From an uncultured Clostridia bacterium (GTDB taxonomy: Bacteria; Bacillota; Clostridia; TANB77; CAG-508), in NCBI GenBank assembly GCA_947626885.1, contig CANQTX010000004.1, forward strand, positions 1,735-65,734: a stretch of DNA of 64,000 nt. Direction: 5' to 3'. Under the pieces are notes generated by a model. The model ran no database searches. It had not been told where the DNA came from and was given only the letters and a program-made list of their open reading frames with translations. A program made the position numbers and the translations under genes. This document shows positions 38,794-48,002 of this stretch, in pieces (the stretch's first letter is position 1; every line of letters begins with the position of its first letter).

Positions 38794-40477
38794 ATGAAAG
38801 AAAAGAATCGTATATTGCTATTGGTAGCAGCAATAACCATATTTATTGCTGTATTACCGCTATTACAAGAAAATTTAGTAGTAGGAGACGACTATGAATA
38901 TCATTTAGCAAGAATTGAAAGTATTAAAGATACATTAAAAGCAAGAATTTTTCCTGTAAAAATTCATACACAGATGGGACCTTTTTATGGATATGGCAGT
39001 GGACTATTTTATCCTAATTTATTTTTGTATATACCGGCTTTATTGGAATTATTAGGAATGAATTTAGTATTGTCATATAAAGTTTTTATAGGTATTATGT
39101 TAATACTTTTATTTTTCTTATCTTATATTTCTATTAAACATATTACTGAAGATGAAAAAAGTGCTCTTATTGGAACGATTTTAGTTGTGTTATCTAAAAC
39201 CGTTATCTTGAATTTATATCATCGATTTGCTTTGGGTGAATTTTTAGGTTTTATTTTTATACCTCTTGTTATAGCAGGAATATATGATTTTATATATAAA
39301 GATTTTAAAAATCCACTCTTTTTAGGAATAGGCTTTTTCGGTTTAATTCATACACATCTAATTTCTACAGTTATTTGTTTAATTTTTTGCATTTTATATT
39401 GTATCATACATATAAAAACATTCATAAAACATAGAAAAAATATTCTCAAATTATTGTTTGTTGCCTTGTTAACAATAATGGCTTCTATTAGCTTTTGGTT
39501 GCCTATGTTGGAGCAGTTTACCATTCAAGAATATCGTTTTTCAGAACCATGGGTACATATTACTTCTAATGTTTTTAGACTTATAGATGCTTTAGGCAAT
39601 AGCAGGTATGGTCTAGGTTTTTCTATTTCATTATGTATTCCCTTATGCGTATTTGCCATATTTGATAGAAATGTAAAAAAAGAAGGAAAAGAATTTGCTT
39701 TATGGGGTATATTGATTTTATTTATACAAACCAATCATACTTTTTGGGAGAAGACGCAGAATATTACAGATATTTTTCAATTTAAATGGAGATTAATTGG
39801 TATCACTACTATTTTATTTTCAATTGCTATATCTGATTATATAAAAGATATACTACAAAGGTACAAAATAAAATTTCAACCCATACTGATTCTGACTATT
39901 ATTATAACTTCTTATTTTTCTATTGAATTTATGAATTACGATAATAAAATGGAAAATACGAAAACATTAGAAGAATTAACGGCTAATAATTTTGTGTATG
40001 GAACCCCCAATGCTTTAGGAGGAGGAAAAGAATATCTACCAATCGAAACAGATCCTACATCATTAATATATCCTAAAATTGCTTTTTCATCTGTACCCAA
40101 TAAACAAATTCCTGTTACAAAGAGTATTTTAAGTTGCACATTTCAGGTAGATGCGGAAGATCGATATTGTGATGTACCGTTTATCTATTATAAAGGGTAT
40201 GTTGCTAATATCATGTTGGAAGATGGGGAAATAAAACAACTGACAGTACAGAAATCAGACAATCGGATTAGTAAGAATTCTTTTACCTGAGGGAGAAACA
40301 GGAACGGTTTCTGTATGGTATAACGGAACCAAAATTCAAAAAATTAGTTATTTGATAACAGCTATTACAATAATTAGTCTAGTAATAGTAGGAATCTTTC
40401 GAATAATAAAAATGCCTTTTTTTAAAAAATATATACATAAAAAACCATTCAATGTTAAGAATCGTATGTTTAAATAA
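38794..40477 (+). CDS. GT-C fold membrane protein (YfhO/PTPS-related), split by a +1 frameshift at CGG 40264-40266
   Basis: GDDYEYHLARIES, GYGSGLFYP, RFALGE, FQFKWRL, EYLP and PFIYYKGY. Frame 0 stops at 40290. The +1 frame from 40265 continues GLVRILLPEGETGTVSVWYNGTKIQKISYLIT plus a TM helix to TAA at 40477. Confidence 0.82.
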
Positions 40478-40492
40478 GGATTGAGGGTAAAA

Positions 40493-42010
40493 ATGCAAAA
40501 ATATTTTCAAAAAATAAAATGGAATACCGTTATTTTTGTTCTTATTATCTCTATCGCATGTTTTGTGCGAATTTATAAAATAGAGGAAATTCCCGCAGGT
40601 ATACATGTTGATGAAGCAGGCATGGCTTATGATGCATTTTGTATATCTATTTTTGGTGTAGATAGAGCATTAAATCATCTTCCTGTGTATTTTATTAATT
40701 TTGGTGGAGGGCAAAGTGCTTTATATACATATATAACTAGTATTTTTATAAAACTACTGGGATATAGTGTTACCACAATTAGATTGCCAGCATTTTTTTG
40801 CAATATGATTGCTATAGTAATTGCTTATGATATGGTAAGAAAATATATTGGTGAGAAGTCAGCGTTAACTGTTGTGACACTACTTTCTATTAATCCATGG
40901 AATATTATGGCATCCAGATGGGGATTAGATTGTAATTTAATGGCACCTTTTTGCATAATAGCCATATATTTGCTTATTAAAGCAAATGCTTGGTACGATT
41001 ATTTGTTAGCAGGCATATCATTTGGCATTATTTTATATACTTATGCATTATCTTATATCATCATTCCTGTGTTTTTACTACTAACATTTTGTTATATGTT
41101 GTATACAAAAAACATACATGTCAAACAAATCATATGGTTAAGTATACCTTTGGTGATATTTGCGATGCCTTTAATATTAATGATAGTAATCAATAATAAT
41201 ATTATTCCAGAAATAAAAAGCTTTATTACGATTCCACAATTGCCCAATTATCGAGGAACAGAAATTTCTTTTCATTATATTAAAGAAAATATTTCCTTCT
41301 TTAAAACAATATTTACGCATGATGATTTTATATATAATGCTATTCCTCAGTTTGGTACAATGTATCCTTTTGCAATAGTATTGTCTGTTATAGGGATAAT
41401 AATAGAATTGGTACGATTTATAAAAAATATAAAAGAGAAGAAATTTGAAATACATGGTGTCATATTTTTGCTTTTTTTAAGTGTGGTATGTTGTATGATG
41501 ATAATTAAAGGACCCAATATCAATAAAGCAAATGCGATATTTTTTCCATTAATCTTTTTTACCTATATTACAATAAGATGGATATATCAAAAATGGAAAA
41601 TAATTTTTATTTTAATAGTTATGGCATATAGTATAAGTTTTGTGCAATTTGAAACATATTATTTGAAAGAATATAAAAAAATGTATCAGCCATATTTTGA
41701 GCAGGATTTAATTACAGCAATACAGCAAGTGAATGGAAGAGCAGAATTGAAAGAAAGAAAAGTATGTATTTGGACGCTATCATCAGAGCCATATATTTAT
41801 ACCTTATATACCAATCCCATTTCGCCTTATGAATTTAACCAAACAAGAACAGAAAATAATGATTATGATAGATTTGTTTTTCAGAAAACCGATATTGATG
41901 ATACAATGGTTTATATTATAAAAGATAATGCTGATTTGGTATGGGAATTATCACAATATCATAATTTTTGTGTAGAACAGATAGGAAACTATGTTCTATT
42001 ATACAAATAA
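40493..42010 (+). CDS. GT-C glycosyltransferase (ArnT/PMT, GT39-like)
   Basis: VRIYKIEEIPAGIHVDEAGMAYDA, GQSALYTY, IRLPA, PWNIMASRWGLDCN; multi-TM. Confidence 0.85.
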   Translation: MQKYFQKIKWNTVIFVLIISIACFVRIYKIEEIPAGIHVDEAGMAYDAFCISIFGVDRALNHLPVYFINFGGGQSALYTYITSIFIKLLGYSVTTIRLPAFFCNMIAIVIAYDMVRKYIGEKSALTVVTLLSINPWNIMASRWGLDCNLMAPFCIIAIYLLIKANAWYDYLLAGISFGIILYTYALSYIIIPVFLLLTFCYMLYTKNIHVKQIIWLSIPLVIFAMPLILMIVINNNIIPEIKSFITIPQLPNYRGTEISFHYIKENISFFKTIFTHDDFIYNAIPQFGTMYPFAIVLSVIGIIIELVRFIKNIKEKKFEIHGVIFLLFLSVVCCMMIIKGPNINKANAIFFPLIFFTYITIRWIYQKWKIIFILIVMAYSISFVQFETYYLKEYKKMYQPYFEQDLITAIQQVNGRAELKERKVCIWTLSSEPYIYTLYTNPISPYEFNQTRTENNDYDRFVFQKTDIDDTMVYIIKDNADLVWELSQYHNFCVEQIGNYVLLYK

Positions 42011-42054
42011 GTATATGGCGTGAGTCGATAAAGGAAGATGCCAATAAAAAATAC

Positions 42055-44571
42055 TTAAGTTTGGAATCTTCCTTTGGTAAAATTTTTGCCTTCAAAATAT
42101 TGCTTATTTCTTGCAGTTTTAAGAATATTTTGAATATCTTCTAGAGATTCTTCTAAAATATCAATGCGAATAGCACTCACAGATGTATTTTTAAAAGGAA
42201 TAGAAGTAATTTTACTATTATAAATTGTAGTAATTGTAGAAGTATGATCAATATATACAGGAAAATCATAATACATTCTATCTCTTAAATATAAATTATT
42301 TGAAGATAAACATTGCTTGTCACATTCTTTATAACAATGATTACTTTTTCCTAAATAACAATAGCGATTTGTCATTACAGGTGTTCTACCATAAACAATA
42401 AGTTCTGCTGGCAAGGAAGCATGCTCTACTAATTTTTTTATTTCCGGACCAGAAAGCTCTGGAGAAATTGTAAAACATGTTAACCCAAAGAACTTTAGAG
42501 TATCAATTGTATATGGATTATATACATTTAAATTAAAATTACCAATAAGTTCTAAGCCAAATTTTTTCAAAATATCGATTTGTGATAGATGAGATATGAC
42601 AAACCCTTTGATTTTAGGTAAGAAGGAAGAAAAATTTGTATTTGATTGATTTTTTGCATTTTTTATAGCTATACAATAATAATCATAAAGCTTATTTAAA
42701 AGTGGTATCTGACTATCTTGCAAAATATGCGGCATATAAATATACGTATCAAATTGATTTGTAAGTTCAATTAAAATCTTTTCATATCGTGGTGATAAGA
42801 AAAATTTTAAAGGAATATACAATTTATCAATATTTTTAAGATTCGTATATAAATAATTTTCATGAAGTATATTTAATAAAAGTGTAATAGACGGTATTTT
42901 CATATCTATATTAGAATGCATAGATGGTACAGAATGATTTAGTGGTGATGAGATATCCTTTTGCGTTAGCTGATGTGAAATTTTTCCTTTTAGTAATTGT
43001 TCTAGTCCTATTAAAGCATTTCTCCTTACATCATTTAATATACTCATTTTAGGGATAAATACATTTGGATCCAATTCAATTTCTAAATGTTTAAACACAA
43101 ATTCTGTATTTCCTGTTTTAGAAAGCTGTTTTATAATTGTTTCTTCTGAAATAGGTTGATTGATTGCCTTTTCTGGTAAAATATTTATTGTTTCTGTATA
43201 AGTAAGATCTTGATAAACCCCTTTATTAGACCACACAGTAAAAGTGATAGGCATATTTTCTTTTATAATTATTTTTCCATGTAAAGGAATCTTAATCCAA
43301 TTTTTTTCCTCTTTAAAAGTGGGAGAAATTACTTTAGAGAGTTCTTTGCTCTCAATTTTATAAATTTTATTACCGGTAAATATTTTTCCTTTTATTCTGC
43401 CTATTGTAGCGATTGCGTCTTTATTTAATTTTGAGAAATTTTGATTATCTAACATAAGCTCAGAAATAGTATAGTGTTCATTATTAATAGAAATTTTATC
43501 TCCCAAAGTAAGAGAATTTTCAAGTTTTAATTGAATATAACCTTTCTTTGGATTAAAGTGGCGCACAGTACCTAAATAAATACCCATATGATTGGGCTTT
43601 TCTGAAAAAATAAGATTTTTATTAGGCGAAGAAGTAATATGACCAGTAGAAAAACCTCCTCTATTGAATGCTAGTAATAAAGCTTCTTTATCAGATAAAC
43701 TAGTATTTTCATCTATTTCATCTAGTTTTGAGAGAATTTTTTTTCTTATAGTTTCATTGTCTAAATGTATATTTTTTGTTACAAAATCAATATATTTTCT
43801 ATATATTTTTGTAACAACGCCAACATAAGTAGGAGACTTCATACGACCTTCTATTTTAAAGGAATCGATTCCCAGTTTAATTAATGCAGGTAAGTATTCT
43901 ATTAAACATACATCACGAGGACTTAATAAATAACCTTTATCAATAGAAATTCTATCTGAAGAGCAAAGTTCATAAGGTAATCTACAAGGTTGTGCACAAA
44001 GACCACGGTTACCAGAGCGGCCACCAATCATGCTGGACAATAAACATTGCCCTGAATAAGAGATACAAAGAGCACCATGAATAAACATCTCTAATTCTAT
44101 GGCAGTATTTTGACGAATATATCGGATTTCTTCTAAAGAAAGTTCACGCGATAAAACAATTCTTGATATCCCCATTTTTTCTAATTGTGTAACACCAATA
44201 AGATTATGTACCGTCATTTGTGTACTTGCATGAATACAAATTTCTGGATAGTTTTCTAATAAGTACTTAGCGAGTCCTAGGTCCTGTATAATAATAGCAT
44301 CAACTCCCATATTATAAGCGTCAATAGCAAGATTTACAGCCTCTTCAAATTCTTGATTTTTTATTAAAGTATTTAATGTTAGATGTACAGAAACATTTCG
44401 TAATTTTGCATAAGCAATAGCTTCTTTTAATTGTGTGAGATGAAAATTATTTGCATTAGCCCTTGCATTAAATAAAGAAGCTCCTAAGTATACACTATCA
44501 GCGCCATTTTGCACAGCTGCTTTTAAGCACTCAAAATCTCCAACAGGAGAAAGCAATTCTGGTTTTTTCAT
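42055..44571 (-). CDS. U32 family 'peptidase' with DUF3656 (RlhA-like rRNA hydroxylation protein)
   Basis: PELLSPVG, GADSVYLG, HASTQM, HGALCISYSGQC, NRGLCAQPCR, KIEGRMK. Promoter TTGCTT-17-TATAAT on the - strand at 44602-44630. Confidence 0.9.
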   Translation of the reverse strand: MKKPELLSPVGDFECLKAAVQNGADSVYLGASLFNARANANNFHLTQLKEAIAYAKLRNVSVHLTLNTLIKNQEFEEAVNLAIDAYNMGVDAIIIQDLGLAKYLLENYPEICIHASTQMTVHNLIGVTQLEKMGISRIVLSRELSLEEIRYIRQNTAIELEMFIHGALCISYSGQCLLSSMIGGRSGNRGLCAQPCRLPYELCSSDRISIDKGYLLSPRDVCLIEYLPALIKLGIDSFKIEGRMKSPTYVGVVTKIYRKYIDFVTKNIHLDNETIRKKILSKLDEIDENTSLSDKEALLLAFNRGGFSTGHITSSPNKNLIFSEKPNHMGIYLGTVRHFNPKKGYIQLKLENSLTLGDKISINNEHYTISELMLDNQNFSKLNKDAIATIGRIKGKIFTGNKIYKIESKELSKVISPTFKEEKNWIKIPLHGKIIIKENMPITFTVWSNKGVYQDLTYTETINILPEKAINQPISEETIIKQLSKTGNTEFVFKHLEIELDPNVFIPKMSILNDVRRNALIGLEQLLKGKISHQLTQKDISSPLNHSVPSMHSNIDMKIPSITLLLNILHENYLYTNLKNIDKLYIPLKFFLSPRYEKILIELTNQFDTYIYMPHILQDSQIPLLNKLYDYYCIAIKNAKNQSNTNFSSFLPKIKGFVISHLSQIDILKKFGLELIGNFNLNVYNPYTIDTLKFFGLTCFTISPELSGPEIKKLVEHASLPAELIVYGRTPVMTNRYCYLGKSNHCYKECDKQCLSSNNLYLRDRMYYDFPVYIDHTSTITTIYNSKITSIPFKNTSVSAIRIDILEESLEDIQNILKTARNKQYFEGKNFTKGRFQT

Positions 44572-44664
44572 AAAAAATAGTATCCTTTTTTATTTTTTAA
44601 TATTATATCATTTTCCATAATCAGAAGCAAATTAAAAAAATTATCCTGAAAATAATTAAAAAGC

Positions 44665-44693
44665 TTGACAAACTTTGAAAATGGTTATACAAT
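44665..44693 (+). promoter_or_regulatory. SigA promoter of the structured small transcript
   Basis: TTGACA-17nt-TACAAT. Confidence 0.75.
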
Positions 44694-44764
44694 AATTCCA
44701 CCATTTGAAACTCATAAGAGATGGTTTTAAATGAGGTTCTGAGAAAAGGAGGTGTAACGCAGCT

Positions 44765-44860
44765 ATGGTAAGACATTCGATCAAATTCTCGAAACCTCAG
44801 TGCTTATGGTCTGACTTCACACGCCGTGATGTTAAGGCTACATCTTCGAACGAGAGATAA
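44765..44860 (+). CDS. 31-aa peptide MVRHSIKFSKPQCLWSDFTRRDVKATSSNER
   Basis: Perfect RBS AGGAGGTG at 44747-44754, 10 nt before the ATG; below the ORF-track cutoff. Confidence 0.5.
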   Translation: MVRHSIKFSKPQCLWSDFTRRDVKATSSNER

Positions 44861-44941
44861 GACAGGGCAAAGGAAATCTTTTCGGAGATGATTTCCCCAT
44901 GAGGGGAAAAAAGGCAATTTGAACTAATTGCTTTTGCTTTT

Positions 44942-44990
44942 ACCGGTAGGGGTGTATATGAATATATGCATGTCTGCCGGTTTTCATTTT
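44942..44990 (+). terminator. Intrinsic terminator of the small transcript
   Basis: ACCGGTAGG-G-GTGTATAT / ATATGCAT-G-TCTGCCGGT followed by TTTCATTTT. Confidence 0.75.
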
Positions 44991-45093
44991 ATAATATTTT
45001 TACATAATATCATAACAAGATATTCACTTCAAATATAGCTTTTATTTTGAAAAAAGATTGTATTGATTAATAAAAAATACAAATAATATTAGC

Positions 45094-45696
45094 ATGAATC
45101 AGATATTAATAACGAATTTAAAAAAACAACATAAGTTGATATTTAAAATCCAATTATTTATATCCATTATAGCAATTATTGCGATAGTAATATATTTATA
45201 TAGAGATTATTATCAATCAGAAAATCTTGAGTATTTATCCAAAATCATTAATAAAAACATGCAAATAGCTTCTTTATATCAAGTTAAAAAACAAAGTAAA
45301 GAAGAAAGTGCTTATATGGGAAAAATTACGATTCCAAAAATAAACTTAGAATATGTTATTTTTAAAGAATTTAATGAAGAATTATTAAAAATTGCGCCTT
45401 GTAAGTTTTATGGTGTAGGAATAGGAGAACAAGGGAATATATGTATTGCAGGACATAATTATAATGACAATCGTTTTTTTGGCAGACTAAATGAATTGCA
45501 AGTGAAAGATGAAATTATACTAACGGACTTAAATCAAAAGGAATATCAGTATACGGTTTTTGATATATTTGAAACAGATGAACATGATACAGAAAGTGTA
45601 TTACGAAAACAGAATAAATATGAATTATCTTTGGTGACATGTAATAATACGAATAAAAAAAGAATTATTGTTAAGGCTTTTGCCAATATAAAATAA
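45094..45696 (+). CDS. Sortase (class D-like)
   Basis: N-terminal TM, GKITIPKINL, IAGHNY, LSLVTC and RIIVKA (His/Cys/Arg triad). Confidence 0.9.
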   Translation: MNQILITNLKKQHKLIFKIQLFISIIAIIAIVIYLYRDYYQSENLEYLSKIINKNMQIASLYQVKKQSKEESAYMGKITIPKINLEYVIFKEFNEELLKIAPCKFYGVGIGEQGNICIAGHNYNDNRFFGRLNELQVKDEIILTDLNQKEYQYTVFDIFETDEHDTESVLRKQNKYELSLVTCNNTNKKRIIVKAFANIK

Positions 45697-45805
45697 TTTA
45701 TTTTAAGTATAAGTATTGAAATTCAGTTGTTTTATAGATAAAATATATAATGTAAGAAAGATAATCTTAGCGATAAAATAAATATACCGCATAAAGGAGA
45801 GAAAA

Positions 45806-47563
45806 ATGGAAAAAGGAAGAAGAATTGATGAGGGAAAGCATATTCATATAGGAAGAGTCATATTAGTAATTATTATAATCACCTTGATAATTTTTGGAAT
45901 ATATCTTGTAGTAAATCGAAAAAAGATCTTTTCAGTAAAAGATAACGAAAATCATCAAAAAGTAGAAGAAGCCATTTTTAATAAAGAAAAAACAATAGAA
46001 GAAATTTTAGCAGAGTTTGGTGGAGAAGTGATAGAACAACCAAAAGAAGATACCTATTTTGTATCGAAGGAAGGAAATATGTATACCATTTATGCTGATG
46101 GGGATATTGTAGAAGGACAAATTATACCTTGGAATGGTGAGAGTAAAGAAATTGCAGCAGATGAGGCTGGAAACTACAATGTTTATTCTGCAGAAGAATT
46201 AAAGTGGGTAGCAGATAAAATCATTAATGGAGAAAAAAATTTTAATGGTGTAACCATAACTTTAAGAAATAATATTGATTTAGGCGCAAGACCAAAAAAA
46301 GACGGAACATGGGAAGGTCCTATTTGGACATCTATGATAGGATTTTTAGATGAAATTAAGAAAGAACAGCCATCACAAGAGCAGATAGATGGACAATCCG
46401 ATAATACACAAAATAATTTAGAAAATGTAGAAGAAAAAGCAACAGTTGTAGATGAAGTCAGTGAAAATGTAGTAGCAGAAGAAAAATTAAAGAGATTTGC
46501 CGGCATTTTTAATGGTAATGGATTCACGATTAGAGGAGTATACATAGATTCTGATAAGAATTATCAGGGGTTATTTGGACATTCAAGTGGAATCATACAA
46601 AATCTTGCTATCAAAAATAGTTATATTTCTGGTGGTAATGGTACAGGTGCTTTAATAGGTTTGAATGCAGGTATCATCCAAAATTGTTATACTGAAAATA
46701 CAATAGTTAAAGGAAAATCAGATAAAGTAGGTGGCATTGTAGGAATAACAATGAGTGGTTCAAAAATAGAAAACTGTTATACAAAATTAGGTTCTATTGA
46801 AGGAAACAACGCTTCTGGTGGTATTGTGGGGTATGCAAATAATAATGCTAGTATATTAGCATCTTATAATATGGCAAATATTACAGGCAAAGCTTATACA
46901 GGCGGTATAGTGGGAATTATGTTTTATGGAAGCATAATTCAAAGTACTTATAATACAGGAACAATTGTAGGAAGTGATTATACAGGTGGTATAGCCGGTT
47001 ATACCGCTACGCAAATTGAAAAATGTTATAATACGGGTAGTGTAACAGGTGAAAATTATGTGGGTGGTATTGTAGGAGTTAACTTTACTATGGGAAATAT
47101 CATTATTTCCTACAATACAGGAAATGTTATAGGAAACAATAATATAGGTGGTATTGCTGGAACTAATAATGCATCTATTTCAAGTTGTTATAATGTAGGA
47201 AAAATAGAAACAGAAGGATATAGAGCAGGAGGAATTTGTGGTCAAAATGGAACAGATAGTTACATATATACCTCCTATAATGTAGGAGATATTGAAGGAA
47301 AAAGAAATTTAGGAGGCATTGCGGGCGGTGATTTTGGAACCAGTTCTAATTGCTATTATTTGAAAGATGCCTCTATAGCAATAGAAAATGAAGAACAATG
47401 TAGAAATTCAGAACAAATTAAAGCAGATATTCTTTCTGATTTAGGAGCAGAGTTTACAAAAGACGATAGTGCAAATATTAATCAGGGATATCCTGTTTTG
47501 ACTTGGCAAATTTCAACAGAAGCGGTAACGAATGAAAATGCAAGTCCTGAAACATCAGAATAG
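45806..47563 (+). CDS. Membrane-anchored GLUG-repeat surface protein
   Basis: N-terminal TM, SAEELKW, ITLRNNIDL, FAGIFNGNG, many (V/T)GGIVG....I..(C/S)YN.G repeats and C-terminal NQGYPVLTWQ. Confidence 0.82.
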   Translation: MEKGRRIDEGKHIHIGRVILVIIIITLIIFGIYLVVNRKKIFSVKDNENHQKVEEAIFNKEKTIEEILAEFGGEVIEQPKEDTYFVSKEGNMYTIYADGDIVEGQIIPWNGESKEIAADEAGNYNVYSAEELKWVADKIINGEKNFNGVTITLRNNIDLGARPKKDGTWEGPIWTSMIGFLDEIKKEQPSQEQIDGQSDNTQNNLENVEEKATVVDEVSENVVAEEKLKRFAGIFNGNGFTIRGVYIDSDKNYQGLFGHSSGIIQNLAIKNSYISGGNGTGALIGLNAGIIQNCYTENTIVKGKSDKVGGIVGITMSGSKIENCYTKLGSIEGNNASGGIVGYANNNASILASYNMANITGKAYTGGIVGIMFYGSIIQSTYNTGTIVGSDYTGGIAGYTATQIEKCYNTGSVTGENYVGGIVGVNFTMGNIIISYNTGNVIGNNNIGGIAGTNNASISSCYNVGKIETEGYRAGGICGQNGTDSYIYTSYNVGDIEGKRNLGGIAGGDFGTSSNCYYLKDASIAIENEEQCRNSEQIKADILSDLGAEFTKDDSANINQGYPVLTWQISTEAVTNENASPETSE

Positions 47564-47590
47564 ATAATGTCAATACAGAATAAAATTATA

Positions 47591-47622
47591 AAAAGACAAT
47601 CTAGTTGCTAGGTTGTTTTTTT
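47591..47622 (+). terminator. Intrinsic terminator
   Basis: AAAAGACAATCTAG / CTAGGTTGTTTT followed by a T-tract. Confidence 0.7.
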
Positions 47623-47638
47623 GTATAAAAATCCTGAA

Positions 47639-47667
47639 TTGACACATATTAAATAAATCAATATAAT
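47639..47667 (+). promoter_or_regulatory. SigA promoter
   Basis: Perfect TTGACA-17nt-TATAAT. Confidence 0.75.
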
Positions 47668-47697
47668 TTTCATATATTTACAGGGAGTGTGTTTTAT

Positions 47698-47841
47698 ATG
47701 AATAATGATAATGTAAAACAAGAAATAAGAAAACTAATAGATGAAATGGATCGAATGATAATAAATCAAGAAGATAAGAAAAAAATTTTATCTAAAAAAG
47801 AAAAATTAGATGCGCTTTTAGAAAAATATTTAGAAGACTAA
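47698..47841 (+). CDS. Spo0E-like 47-aa micro-protein (not in the ORF track)
   Basis: MNNDNVKQEIRKLIDEMDRMIINQEDKKKILSKKEKLDALLEKYLED: two-helix pattern ending in LD.L...Y. RBS AGGGAG and a consensus promoter. Confidence 0.65.
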   Translation: MNNDNVKQEIRKLIDEMDRMIINQEDKKKILSKKEKLDALLEKYLED

Positions 47842-48002
47842 AATCAGTAAATAAATGCAATAATGTTGTATGATGTACGAAAAAAAATCATTTATGAAAG
47901 TTATTTCTCTTTGATAATATAAAACAAAATAAGGAATCTCTTTAGACTCCTTATAAGAAAAAGAAAGAAAATAAATGTTATAAATAAAATGGGGTAATAT
48001 AA

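Larger units (their letters stand above)
44700..44990 (+). ncRNA. Structured small RNA or peptide-coding sRNA of unknown family
   Basis: About 45% GC against an AT-rich background; consecutive hairpins; own promoter and terminator. Confidence 0.6.

Noticed and set aside
44700-44990. tmRNA, RNase P RNA, 6S RNA or T-box identity for the structured RNA
   Set aside because: No GGGG...CCA tRNA-like ends, no GAGGAAAGTCC, no end-to-end rod and no T-box GGTGGNACC motif were seen.
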